Origin: Marinicella sp.
Lineage (GTDB): Bacteria; Pseudomonadota; Gammaproteobacteria; Xanthomonadales; Marinicellaceae
DNA length: 64,000 nt
Assembly (NCBI GenBank): GCA_965230295.1
Contig: OZ246001.1
Span: forward strand, 2,560,001-2,624,000
Reading direction: 5' to 3'
Part shown: positions 9,897 through 19,248 of the stretch, one piece after another
Numbering within the stretch: the stretch's first letter is position 1
Layout: each line of letters opens with the position of its first letter
Notes under the pieces: generated by a model
Told to the model about the DNA's origin: nothing
What the model saw: only the letters and a program-made list of their open reading frames with translations
Database searches by the model: none
Position numbers and translations under genes: made by a program

Positions 9897-10442
9897 ATGT
9901 CGCTGTTGTTAACCGGACAGGAAAGCAAACGGTTATCTTATAGAAAAGTCAGGCAATCAGATTATCAATTCTGGTTGCCTTTTTTCTCTGACCCACAAAC
10001 CTCAAAACACTGGACCATGCCAGAAGCCAGTGCAGAAGCGCAATGCACAGATTGGTATCAGTATCAATTTTACCGTTATGAGCAAGGACTTGGAGGCATG
10101 AATGCATTGATTGAAAAGAACACAGGTCAGCTCGTGGGTCACTGTGGTCTTTTGGTACAAACCGTCGATGGGCAATCAGAACTGGAAGTGGGTTATTCGC
10201 TGTTGCCAGCGTTCTGGGGCAAAGGTTATGCCACAGAAGCGGCCCAAACATGTCGAGATCATGCGTTCACTCATGGGCTGACTGAATCATTGATTTCTAT
10301 CATATCTCTGACCAATACACCATCTGAAAGGGTGGCCAGGGCCAACGGTATGCAGGTGATCAAACAAACTGTATACCATGACAACCCGGTCAATATTTTC
10401 AGTATAGACCGAGCAGACTGGATGGCGCTGATGGCTTCGTGA
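9897..10442 (+). CDS. GNAT N-acetyltransferase (RimJ/RimL type)
   Basis: ELEVGYSLLPAFWGKGYATEAA, N.PSERVA..NGM. Confidence 0.9.
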   Translation: MSLLLTGQESKRLSYRKVRQSDYQFWLPFFSDPQTSKHWTMPEASAEAQCTDWYQYQFYRYEQGLGGMNALIEKNTGQLVGHCGLLVQTVDGQSELEVGYSLLPAFWGKGYATEAAQTCRDHAFTHGLTESLISIISLTNTPSERVARANGMQVIKQTVYHDNPVNIFSIDRADWMALMAS

Positions 10443-10443
10443 A

Positions 10444-12126
10444 CTAAACAATGAATTGATTCAGATGCTCGATTTCCGGAACTGATTGTTGTTCTCTGAC
10501 TGGCAGGGATTTGGCTTCAGTTTTAAGTCTTTCGGCCTCTTGTAAAAATTGTTGATACAGCGACTTTCTCAACATGGGAGCCAGCGGTTGGGGGTTCTCT
10601 AAATCTTGTTTAAAAGCCTCATCCAGTGACAGCTCCGGACATTGGCCATCATCATGTATGTGTTGCCAACAAGCTTGTTTCAAACAAAATTTATACCAAG
10701 GCAAGAATTCGGCACCATTATCTGCAATGAAGTTGACACAATCAATGATGTACTGTACTTCGGCTTGGTCCATGATGTAGTGGAAACCAACTCGGCACCA
10801 ACCAGGTTTAATACCATGGTAACCTCGTTGAATCAAGGCCCGGTACTGTTCTGAAGTTTCTTCATCGATGCCCAGTAACTGGTGGCCGTAGGGTCCCGCG
10901 CAAGAACAGCCAGCCCTTGATTGGATGCCAAACAAGTCATTCAACAAAACCGTAATGAATTTGGGGTGCAGGTATTTACCTGAGGCGGTTTTGATGTTGA
11001 AAGAAACAATGCCTACTCGGTTTTCCGGGTTTTGGTCACCCAGGATTTCAATGCGAGGATGGTTTTGCCAGGCACTGAATGCTTGTTTAAGCCATTGTTG
11101 TTCGATGTCATGAATTTGTTGAACACCAAACTTTTCTTTCACTTCAAAACACAACGCTGCACGCATGATTTGTAGCACGCCAGGGGTGCCGGCTTTTTCT
11201 CTTTCTTCAATGTCATCAAAGAAATCATGGTCGTGTCGGGCGACATAGCTGACGGTGCCACCACCTGAAACGGTCGGCCTCAGAGCTGATTGATAAATGT
11301 CTTTGTTGAATACCAGGACGCCTGTAGATCCTGGCCCACCCAGAAACTTGTGTGGCGACAGAAAGACCGCATCGTAATAACCCTTGGGGTCATCGGCTGG
11401 ATGCATGTCGATTTCTACATAGGGTGCACTGGCGGCATAATCGAAAAAGGCCAAAGCACCATGTTCGTGTAACAAGCGAGCAATTTTACGGGTGTGAGAT
11501 ATCAAGCCGGTCACATTGGATGCTGCAGAAAAGGAACCAATTTTTAACCGCCCATGGTATTTTTCATTGGTCAGTTCTGCTTCAAGTTGTTGCAGGTTGG
11601 CATGGCCGTTTTCATCCAGATCCAACTCGACCACTTCACACAGTCCATCACGCCATGAGATTTCATTGCTGTGGTGTTCATAGGGGCCCACAAACACCAC
11701 AGGTGACTGATCAATGATTTTTGCCAGGTCACAATCGGCAGATCTTTCAATTTGTGCCCGTGTGGCTGGCGGTAAATAAGTACCCAGAATTTGTTGAATC
11801 TTGGTGATGGCACCCGTGGCACCCGTGCCGGTACAGATGATGCGGTCGTTGTCATTGGCCCCCAGAGAATCTTTGATGCGTTGCTCTGCATCATGTAACA
11901 GGCGGGTCATGGAGCGACCGGTCATGTCGTCTTCAGTGTGGGTGTTGGCGTAATGGCGCTGTAACTTCATCAAATACTTCTCAATGAAAGTCAAGGTGCG
12001 ACCTGATGCGGTGTAATCACAATAAGTCATCAAGCGCTGACCAAAAGGGGTGCAAAAAGGTGCGTCCACACCAATGATGGCCTGGCGCAAACAGTCTGGT
12101 TTTAGATTATTATCGGTAACGCTCAT
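10444..12126 (-). CDS. aminotransferase class V / cysteine desulfurase-like PLP enzyme
   Basis: DYTASGR, EHHSNE, SAASNVTG, SPHKFLGGPG (PLP Lys), RAGCSCAGPYG. Confidence 0.9.
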   Translation of the reverse strand: MSVTDNNLKPDCLRQAIIGVDAPFCTPFGQRLMTYCDYTASGRTLTFIEKYLMKLQRHYANTHTEDDMTGRSMTRLLHDAEQRIKDSLGANDNDRIICTGTGATGAITKIQQILGTYLPPATRAQIERSADCDLAKIIDQSPVVFVGPYEHHSNEISWRDGLCEVVELDLDENGHANLQQLEAELTNEKYHGRLKIGSFSAASNVTGLISHTRKIARLLHEHGALAFFDYAASAPYVEIDMHPADDPKGYYDAVFLSPHKFLGGPGSTGVLVFNKDIYQSALRPTVSGGGTVSYVARHDHDFFDDIEEREKAGTPGVLQIMRAALCFEVKEKFGVQQIHDIEQQWLKQAFSAWQNHPRIEILGDQNPENRVGIVSFNIKTASGKYLHPKFITVLLNDLFGIQSRAGCSCAGPYGHQLLGIDEETSEQYRALIQRGYHGIKPGWCRVGFHYIMDQAEVQYIIDCVNFIADNGAEFLPWYKFCLKQACWQHIHDDGQCPELSLDEAFKQDLENPQPLAPMLRKSLYQQFLQEAERLKTEAKSLPVREQQSVPEIEHLNQFIV

Positions 12127-12320
12127 GTTTCATGTTTGATTCAACAGCCTGGCATTTTAGGTGACTTTGGGTTTGAAATACAGTTGAATTGACAAATATT
12201 AGTATTTTCTTATTTAACTGAAATGGTGTTTCACTGCAATAACCACACAAGTCACTGCTCAAATCCTGCCATGTGCGCAAACTTCTGTTAGAACAGGGGT
12301 ATTTAATTTAGGAGAAAACC

Positions 12321-12896
12321 ATGTATTTTACAGTGAGCATTCTGATCATTATGTTGTCCGCGACAGGTGTTGATACACAAGAGATGCGCTACACAAGGAG
12401 TACAGAATCTCCTTTCGGTCAGTTGAACCCTCAAGCTCCAGCAGAACTGAAAGCTTTTGCTCCCATGATTGGGCAATCTCAATGTCAATCAGCAAAAAGA
12501 CTGGATCAAGACAATTGGGCGCCGATTGAGGCTTCACAATGGGTTTTTCGATACATCATGAATGGCACCGCTGTCCAGGATGAAAACCTGGTTGCAGACG
12601 GCAGCATTGGAGGCAGTATTCGGTTGTTCGATGAAGCAAAACAAACCTGGCAAATTCACTATTATAACAACCAGTCCAAACCGAATGTGTTACCTGTTTG
12701 GAATGGCGGCCAACAGCAAGACCGCTTGGTTTTTTACCGCCCCCAAATAGCACCCAATGGTATGGAGGGACATTATCGGTTAACGTTTTATGAGATTACT
12801 GATGAAAGCTTTTTGTGGAAAGGCGAATGGGTCAATCAAGATGAGAGCGTCGTCTACCCAACCTGGAAAATCAGTTGCAAAAAAATATCAGGCTAA
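12321..12896 (+). CDS. hypothetical secreted protein (DUF1579-like beta-barrel)
   Basis: Signal-peptide-like N-terminus, good RBS (aggaga), WVFRYIMNGTAVQD and RLTFYEITDESFLWKGE patterns. Confidence 0.6.
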   Translation: MYFTVSILIIMLSATGVDTQEMRYTRSTESPFGQLNPQAPAELKAFAPMIGQSQCQSAKRLDQDNWAPIEASQWVFRYIMNGTAVQDENLVADGSIGGSIRLFDEAKQTWQIHYYNNQSKPNVLPVWNGGQQQDRLVFYRPQIAPNGMEGHYRLTFYEITDESFLWKGEWVNQDESVVYPTWKISCKKISG

Positions 12897-12900
12897 CAGG

Positions 12901-12931
12901 TCCAGGCTGTTGATTATTCCAACTGCCTGGA
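12901..12931. terminator. hairpin between convergent genes, possible terminator
   Basis: tccaggc-t-gttg...caac-t-gcctgga inverted repeat. Confidence 0.45.
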
Positions 12932-13014
12932 TGCAGATACAAATTCGATAACTGATCAATCAAGACAGGGCCTTAACGGCATCTGGCTCTGTTTACCTTT
13001 ATTTCAAAGGGTTG

Positions 13015-13680
13015 TTAAGGCAGTTGCATTTGCATTTCAATCACTTTGCCAATGATTTTGAACGATTCAAATATTTTTGGATATTGAGGGTTAAGTGCAT
13101 GAAGATATGCTTTTGAACCATCAAATTTGACTTGTCGGAATAAGATGTTGTTGTTGACTTGAGCAATGATGAATATACCATCTGTCAAAGTATCTGACCA
13201 CATTGGGTCGAATATGATCAATGCATTATCAGGAAAGCTATAAGGCCCAGTGATTGATAACATGGAATCTCCAATGACGGGCAGGGCGTAACATTGTTTA
13301 GCGTATGGCAAGTGACTCAATATAATTTGACTGTTTTTTGATTTTTGATTTTTAAGTTTTTTTATATTTTTAACATCACTCCAATCTATCAAAGGAATTT
13401 TTTTGACGTAAAAGTTTGGGTTTTCCTGAATTGACAAGTCAATTTCGTTCTCAGTGAATTGATGGTATGTGGTATTGCCATACAAGATGTATTCAACAGA
13501 AACTTCAAGTATTTGTGCAAGCTTAAATAAATGTTCACCTTTTGGGGTGTTAAACACATCATTTTGTGTTTCCCATTTACTGACTGATACTCTTTGTACA
13601 CCCACAAATACAGCCACATCATTTTGAGTTAGCTTGCGAAGTTTTCTTAAGTGCTTAATCCTGCGTCCAACGGGGTTCAT
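13015..13680 (-). CDS. XRE HTH + S24-like domain CI/LexA-type repressor
   Basis: N-terminal HTH (LTQNDVA..VGVQRVSVSKWE); C-terminal GDSM..ALNPQYP..IIGKV; AT-rich. Confidence 0.9.
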   Translation of the reverse strand: MNPVGRRIKHLRKLRKLTQNDVAVFVGVQRVSVSKWETQNDVFNTPKGEHLFKLAQILEVSVEYILYGNTTYHQFTENEIDLSIQENPNFYVKKIPLIDWSDVKNIKKLKNQKSKNSQIILSHLPYAKQCYALPVIGDSMLSITGPYSFPDNALIIFDPMWSDTLTDGIFIIAQVNNNILFRQVKFDGSKAYLHALNPQYPKIFESFKIIGKVIEMQMQLP

Positions 13681-13689
13681 TGGATTATA

Positions 13690-13764
13690 ATAGTCTTTAG
13701 TTACGTAACTAAAAGCTACAAAATAAGATTAATGTTTGACAAATAGTAACTTTAATGCACAATA
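13690..13764. promoter_or_regulatory. divergent promoter/operator region of the CI-like gene
   Basis: Perfect 18-bp palindrome tttagttacgtaactaaa (13696-13713); GTAACT-N3-AGTTAC-like sites at 13690, 13705 and 13746; TTGACA at 13736-13741. Confidence 0.6.
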
Positions 13765-13807
13765 TTCGTAATATAATATATTATAATGTGTGTGTAATTG
13801 GTAAATG

Positions 13808-13860
13808 AAGCCCCAAGGCCATTATGGGTTATTTAATGTAATGGTCAAAGGGGCTTTTAT
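13808..13860 (+). terminator. extended hairpin followed by a T-run (terminator of a putative short RNA)
   Basis: aagcccc/ggggctt and ggccattat/gtaatggtc stems ending in a T-rich run. Confidence 0.55.
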
Positions 13861-13952
13861 TCAATTTAAGCAATGAAGGTAAATCAAATCGTATCCAACT
13901 TATCGAGCTTTTGTGAAAGACATTGTGAATGTTTAAGTGCTTAATGTTAACC

Positions 13953-14792
13953 TTAATTGAGTGCTTTAACCACATCTAGAGTGGCTTTGGCGCGGTTCAA
14001 GGTATAAAAGTGGATGCCGTTGACCCCTTGGTCCAACAACTGTTCACACAGTTTGATGGTGAATTCAGTACCAAATTGTTGTATCGATTTGCGGTCGTCA
14101 CCATAACTCTGTAATTTGTATTGCAACCAACGGGGCATATCCGTACCACAAAAGCCGCAAAAGCGTTTGATATTGCTGAAATTAGTGATGGGCATGATAC
14201 CTGGTGTGATGGGTGTGTCAATGCCTGCTTTCTGACAATGCTCTACAAAATTGAAGTAGGCATCAGGGTTGAAGAAAAACTGGGTGATGGCTCGATTCAC
14301 ACCAGCCTCTACTTTTTGTTTGAAGTATTTGATTTCTGACTCAAACGATTCAGTTTCCGGATGTACCTCGGGATAACAGCCCACGGTGATGTTAAATGTG
14401 TTGGGGTATTTTTCATGAATGAACTCAATCAATTCATTGGCATAGCGGAAGTAGCCAACAGAACCCATCCCAGAGGGCACGTCACCCCGCAAAGCCAGAA
14501 TGTCGGTGATGCCGTTATCCAGGTATTTTTGTAACAACGCCTGGATTTCATCAGGCGTACCGCCCATACATGATAAATGCGGGATCACTTTGGGGGTTTC
14601 ATGGGATTTCAGTTCCAGTACCGTATCAGCTGTTGCCGTGATGGTTGACCCTCCTGCACCAAATGTGACCGAAAAAAAGTCGGGATTTAATTTCCTTAAT
14701 TTTTCTTGGGTATCAAGCAGGATGACTTTTTGTTCTGCGGTTTTGGGTGGAAAAAATTCAAAACTCAGACCGAATTGTTTGTTGTTATTCAT
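13953..14792 (-). CDS. metF: 5,10-methylenetetrahydrofolate reductase
   Basis: SFEFFPPKT, SVTFGAGGST, LALRGD, YPEVHPE, AITQFFF, HFYTLNR. Confidence 0.97.
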   Translation of the reverse strand: MNNNKQFGLSFEFFPPKTAEQKVILLDTQEKLRKLNPDFFSVTFGAGGSTITATADTVLELKSHETPKVIPHLSCMGGTPDEIQALLQKYLDNGITDILALRGDVPSGMGSVGYFRYANELIEFIHEKYPNTFNITVGCYPEVHPETESFESEIKYFKQKVEAGVNRAITQFFFNPDAYFNFVEHCQKAGIDTPITPGIMPITNFSNIKRFCGFCGTDMPRWLQYKLQSYGDDRKSIQQFGTEFTIKLCEQLLDQGVNGIHFYTLNRAKATLDVVKALN

Positions 14793-14808
14793 AATTGTTA
14801 TAACCCAT

Positions 14809-14836
14809 AAAAAAAGCCAGACGGTGCCTGGCTTTT
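14809..14836 (-). terminator. rho-independent terminator between ahcY and metF
   Basis: aaaagccag-N7-ctggctttt hairpin with a T7 tract on the minus strand. Confidence 0.75.
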
Positions 14837-14868
14837 AATTAACAAGAATTTTTGGAAGTTATCAGACA

Positions 14869-16290
14869 TTAATATCTGTAGTGCTCAGGTTTATAAGGAC
14901 CTGCCACTTCAACCCCAATGTACTTGGCTTGATTCTCAGACAATGTGGTCAATTTTGCACCCACACGATCTAAATGTAATTTAGCCACTTTCTCATCCAA
15001 ATGCTTAGGCAATACATACACATCGTTGTTGTATTTGTCGCCGTCTTGGTACAACTCAATTTGAGCCAACACTTGATTGGTGAAAGAATTTGACATCACG
15101 AAGCTTGGGTGTCCAGTACCACATCCCAAATTCACCAAACGTCCTCTGGCCAGTAAGATGATGCGTTTTCCATCTGCAAATTCTACGTGATCAACTTGGT
15201 CTTTGATCGAATCCCATTTGCAATGTTCTTCAAGAGAGGCCACATCAATTTCATTGTCAAAGTGACCAATGTTACAAACGATGGCCTGATCTTTCATGGC
15301 TTTCATGTGTTCGAAAGTAATGATTTGGTAATTACCTGTTGCAGTCACAAAAATGTCGGCATCTTTGACCGCATCTTCTAATGTCACCACCGGGTAACCT
15401 TCCATAGAGGCCTGTAAAGCACAGATCGGATCAACTTCGGTTACAGAAACGATCGCGCCCAAACCACGCAAAGAGGCTGCTGAACCTTTGCCCACATCAC
15501 CAAAACCACAAACAACGGCTTTTTTACCCGCAATCATCACATCGGTGGCGCGCTTGATGGCGTCAACCAAAGATTCACGACAACCGTACAGGTTATCAAA
15601 TTTTGATTTGGTTACTGAGTCGTTCACGTTGATGGCAGGGAAGGGCAAGTCACCAGACTTGGCCATGTCATACAAACGTTTAACACCTGTGGTGGTTTCT
15701 TCAGTGACACCTTGAATGGCAGCCAATGTTTTACTGTACCAACCTGGTTTGGTGGTCAAACGTTTTTTGATTGAAGCAAACAAAAAGGTTTCTTCTTCTG
15801 AACCTGGGTTGTCTAAGATGCTGGCATCTTTTTCAGCTTTGCTGCCCAAGATCAATAACATGGTGGCATCACCACCGTCATCAAGAATCATGTTGGGTGA
15901 ACCACCATCAGACCATTCCATGATGCGGTGGGTGTATTCCCAGTACTCTTCTAAAGTTTCGCCTTTGACCGCAAACACAGGAATGTCCTGGTCAGCCATG
16001 GCTGCTGCGGCATGGTCTTGTGTCGAGTAGATGTTACATGAAGCCCAACGCACATCAGCTCCCAAGGCGCGTAGTGACTCAATCAATACGGCTGTTTGAA
16101 TGGTCATGTGTAAGGAACCTGCGATGCGAGCCCCTTTCAAAGGTTGTTGATCTTTGTATTCTTCTCTGATTTGAACCAAACCTGGCATTTCTGTTTCGGC
16201 GATTCTGATTTCTTTGTGACCAAATTCTGCCAGGCCTATGTCGGCCACCACATAATCTGGTTGAATGTTTTTAACTGTTTCAGTTGTCAT
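14869..16290 (-). CDS. ahcY: adenosylhomocysteinase
   Basis: [63 protein letters not shown]; start moved to ATG 16290. Confidence 0.99.
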   Translation of the reverse strand: MTTETVKNIQPDYVVADIGLAEFGHKEIRIAETEMPGLVQIREEYKDQQPLKGARIAGSLHMTIQTAVLIESLRALGADVRWASCNIYSTQDHAAAAMADQDIPVFAVKGETLEEYWEYTHRIMEWSDGGSPNMILDDGGDATMLLILGSKAEKDASILDNPGSEEETFLFASIKKRLTTKPGWYSKTLAAIQGVTEETTTGVKRLYDMAKSGDLPFPAINVNDSVTKSKFDNLYGCRESLVDAIKRATDVMIAGKKAVVCGFGDVGKGSAASLRGLGAIVSVTEVDPICALQASMEGYPVVTLEDAVKDADIFVTATGNYQIITFEHMKAMKDQAIVCNIGHFDNEIDVASLEEHCKWDSIKDQVDHVEFADGKRIILLARGRLVNLGCGTGHPSFVMSNSFTNQVLAQIELYQDGDKYNNDVYVLPKHLDEKVAKLHLDRVGAKLTTLSENQAKYIGVEVAGPYKPEHYRY

Positions 16291-16339
16291 AATGTTCTCG
16301 TATATATTTTGCAATGGTTGTGTTTGTATCTGGCTGTTC

Positions 16340-17497
16340 TTACAGGCCGGCTTCTGATCTCAGCAGGTCGGCTTTGTCGGTGCGTTCCCAAGTGAAGTCC
16401 GCATCTTCACGGCCCATGTGACCGTATGCCGCCGTTTTTTGATAAATGGGACGCAATAAATCCAGGCTGGTAATGATGCCGTAAGGCCTCAAATCGAAGT
16501 GTTCTCTCACCAATTTTTCAATGGTGGCTTCGGGTACTTTGTTGGTACCGAATGTGGTCACACTGATCGAAGTGGGTTCAGCCACACCAATGGCGTAAGA
16601 AACCTGGATCTCACAGCGTTCTGCCAATCCGGCGGCCACAATGTTTTTCGCCACATAGCGACAAGCATAGGCAGCAGAGCGATCCACTTTTGAAGGGTCT
16701 TTACCAGAAAAGGCACCACCACCATGGCGAGCCATACCGCCGTAGGTGTCAACAATGATCTTACGTCCGGTCAATCCACAATCGCCTACCGGGCCTCCTA
16801 TCACAAAGTTACCTGTGGGGTTGATGTGGTATTTGGTGTTGCCGTCAATCCAGGCTTCAGGCAAGACGGGTTTGATGATGGTTTCCATAACACCTTCGCG
16901 CAAGTCAGCCAGGCTGACATCTGGATCATGTTGGGTGGACAGAACCACTGCATCAATGGCAACCGGTTTGTCATTTTCATAGCGGAATGTTAACTGTGAT
17001 TTGGCATCAGGTCGCAACCAAGGCAAGGTACCTGCGCGTCTGACTTGTGCCTGTTTTTCCACCAACAGGTGTGAATAAGTAATGGGTGCTGGCATCAGAA
17101 CATCAGTTTCATTGGATGCATAGCCAAACATCAAGCCCTGGTCACCAGCCCCTTGCTCTTCAGGGCTTTGGCGATCAACGCCCATGTTGATGTCGTGTGA
17201 TTGTTTTCCAATCAATGACATGACAGCGCAGCTGTTGCCATCAAAACCCACATCTGAATTGTCGTAGCCTATGTCGATGATCACTTTTCTGACCAACTCA
17301 TCTAAGTCAATCCAGGTGTTGGTGGTGATTTCACCAGAGACGATGGCAGTACCGGTTTTAACCATGGTTTCACATGCCACTCGGGCTTTGGGGTCGTCTT
17401 TGATGATGGCGTCTAAAACGGCATCAGAGATCTGATCTGCCACTTTATCTGGGTGGCCTTCAGAGACTGATTCTGAGGTGAAAAGGAAGTTGCTCAT
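16340..17497 (-). CDS. metK: S-adenosylmethionine synthetase
   Basis: [35 protein letters not shown]. Confidence 0.99.
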   Translation of the reverse strand: MSNFLFTSESVSEGHPDKVADQISDAVLDAIIKDDPKARVACETMVKTGTAIVSGEITTNTWIDLDELVRKVIIDIGYDNSDVGFDGNSCAVMSLIGKQSHDINMGVDRQSPEEQGAGDQGLMFGYASNETDVLMPAPITYSHLLVEKQAQVRRAGTLPWLRPDAKSQLTFRYENDKPVAIDAVVLSTQHDPDVSLADLREGVMETIIKPVLPEAWIDGNTKYHINPTGNFVIGGPVGDCGLTGRKIIVDTYGGMARHGGGAFSGKDPSKVDRSAAYACRYVAKNIVAAGLAERCEIQVSYAIGVAEPTSISVTTFGTNKVPEATIEKLVREHFDLRPYGIITSLDLLRPIYQKTAAYGHMGREDADFTWERTDKADLLRSEAGL

Positions 17498-17501
17498 AAG
17501 C

Positions 17502-17537
17502 TAATATATCTCTCAATACGGATAAAGAGATATATTA
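17502..17537. promoter_or_regulatory. perfect 12-bp inverted repeat covering the metK ribosome-binding site
   Basis: taatatatctct (17502-17513) and agagatatatta (17526-17537), 4 nt from the metK ATG. Confidence 0.6.
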
Positions 17538-17648
17538 TCTATTTTTTTTCTGAAATGTCCATCAAAATCACTTAATAAAGTTAATTTTTGCTTGTATTTC
17601 AGGCTGACATTCTTATTATGCATGGCAAGTCCATCAAAAAAGTCAAAA

Positions 17649-18536
17649 ATGAAGCCATTGAAAGGAATCATCGCCAGTCTGATATTTATGGTCAATACAG
17701 TCGTTATGGTGACTGTTTTGCTGATTTTTGCGGTGTTAAAATTCTTGTTGCCGATCAAGCAAATTCGTGTGGTTTTATCAAAAATTTTGGTTTGGATCGC
17801 GGAATCCTGGATCCAAATTAACAGCACCACCCACCGCCTTATTCATGGTCAAAAAATTCGCATTGAGGCCATGCCGGAGCTGTCAAAAGACCAATGGTAT
17901 TTGGTGGTGGCAAACCATCAAAGTACGGCAGACATCCCGATCATTCAAGCCGTGTTCAATAAAAAAATTCCATTCCTTAAATTCTTTTTAAAACAACAGT
18001 TAATTTGGGTGCCGTTTCTGGGATTGGCATGGTGGGCTTTGGATTTTCCTTTTATGAAACGTTACAGCCGTTCTTTTTTGGAAAAAAACCCTCACCTTCG
18101 TGGCAAAGACATGGAACAAACGCAACGGTCTTGTGATAAGTTTAAGCACTTCCCAACTTCAGTGATTAATTTCATCGAAGGCACACGATTCACCCAAGAA
18201 AAACACCAACGCCAGCAGTCTCCCTACAAACACCTATTGAAGCCCAAAGCGGGCGGTATTGGTTATGTGATGGGGAGCATGGGCCAACAGATGCAACAAC
18301 TGTTGTTGGTCACGGTGGCTTATAAAAATAAGGTGCCTACTGTTTGGGGTTATTTATCTGGAGATTTCCAAGAAGCTGTGGTTACTTGTGAAAAAATCGT
18401 TATACCTTATACGCTATTGAACAAAAACTATCAAACAGACGATAAATTCAAAACAGAATTGTTTAAATGGAGTGAAACTCTGTGGTATAAACAAGATCTA
18501 AAGTTAAAGGACTTTTATGAGCGAACCGACATTTAA
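17649..18536 (+). CDS. YihG-like 1-acyl-sn-glycerol-3-phosphate acyltransferase
   Basis: NHQS..D, KFFLKQQLIWVPFLGLAWWALDFPFMKRY, FIEGTRFT, HLLKPKAGG; start uncertain (17622 or 17649). Confidence 0.9.
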   Translation: MKPLKGIIASLIFMVNTVVMVTVLLIFAVLKFLLPIKQIRVVLSKILVWIAESWIQINSTTHRLIHGQKIRIEAMPELSKDQWYLVVANHQSTADIPIIQAVFNKKIPFLKFFLKQQLIWVPFLGLAWWALDFPFMKRYSRSFLEKNPHLRGKDMEQTQRSCDKFKHFPTSVINFIEGTRFTQEKHQRQQSPYKHLLKPKAGGIGYVMGSMGQQMQQLLLVTVAYKNKVPTVWGYLSGDFQEAVVTCEKIVIPYTLLNKNYQTDDKFKTELFKWSETLWYKQDLKLKDFYERTDI

Positions 18537-19176
18537 AGTAACTTTCAAGGGCAAAACAGTCAGAAACATTGAATTGTCCAAGGCTAAAAGCAACTTCGCC
18601 AAGTTGTTTAAGTTGCCTGCGGCCAAAGCAGAAGTGATGTTTGACGGTAAAGAACGCACCCTTAAAAAAGCCATGACTTTAGAGAAAGCCAGTCACTTGA
18701 GAGCCGTTTTGAAAAAGGCAGGTATTCGTGTAAGTCTGGTGAAAAATGAAGTGGTTGAAGAAGAAAAGACCATGGATGACTGGGAGTTGAATGATCCGGG
18801 TACCGTGATTCTCCGACCTGTCAAAGCGCCAGAACGGCACATAGAAACTTCTCATATCAAAGTGGATGTCGACTTTGATCATTTGGAAGACAAACCGCAA
18901 GCGGACCCTCCTGAGGTTGACATCGATCACATTGTGATTGATGACTCAGAAGAGCCCATTATCGAAACCAAAGAAGTTGAAATCCCTGACATTGATTTCA
19001 GTAAGCTGAAAGTGGAAGCGGCTGGTTCAATCATTGTCAAACACAAAAAAATCATCACCCCTGATATTCCGACAGATGACTTAAGCCTGGATGAAGCGGG
19101 CAAACAAATTGTTAAGAAAAAGGAAATCCCGGAACCTGAGATAGATATTTCTAACATCAGTTTGAATGTTAAATAG
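18517..19176 (+). CDS. hypothetical protein: small N-terminal alpha/beta domain plus five 25-aa repeats
   Basis: ORF overlaps the acyltransferase stop; repeats end in P.(I/V)D.(S/D).(I/L). Confidence 0.7.
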   Translation: MSEPTFKVTFKGKTVRNIELSKAKSNFAKLFKLPAAKAEVMFDGKERTLKKAMTLEKASHLRAVLKKAGIRVSLVKNEVVEEEKTMDDWELNDPGTVILRPVKAPERHIETSHIKVDVDFDHLEDKPQADPPEVDIDHIVIDDSEEPIIETKEVEIPDIDFSKLKVEAAGSIIVKHKKIITPDIPTDDLSLDEAGKQIVKKKEIPEPEIDISNISLNVK

Positions 19177-19248
19177 CCCTTACTTCTAGGATTCAGGGGC
19201 AGGGATGTAATCAGTTAAACAACAACCTACATAAGAAAGGATTCTGAA

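Noticed and set aside
12900-13950. Prophage at the CI-like gene
   Set aside because: No integrase, cro, replication or structural genes and no att-like repeats; flanks are ordinary host genes.
16291-16339. SAH riboswitch upstream of ahcY
   Set aside because: The gap from metK is only about 50 nt and shows no recognisable riboswitch structure.
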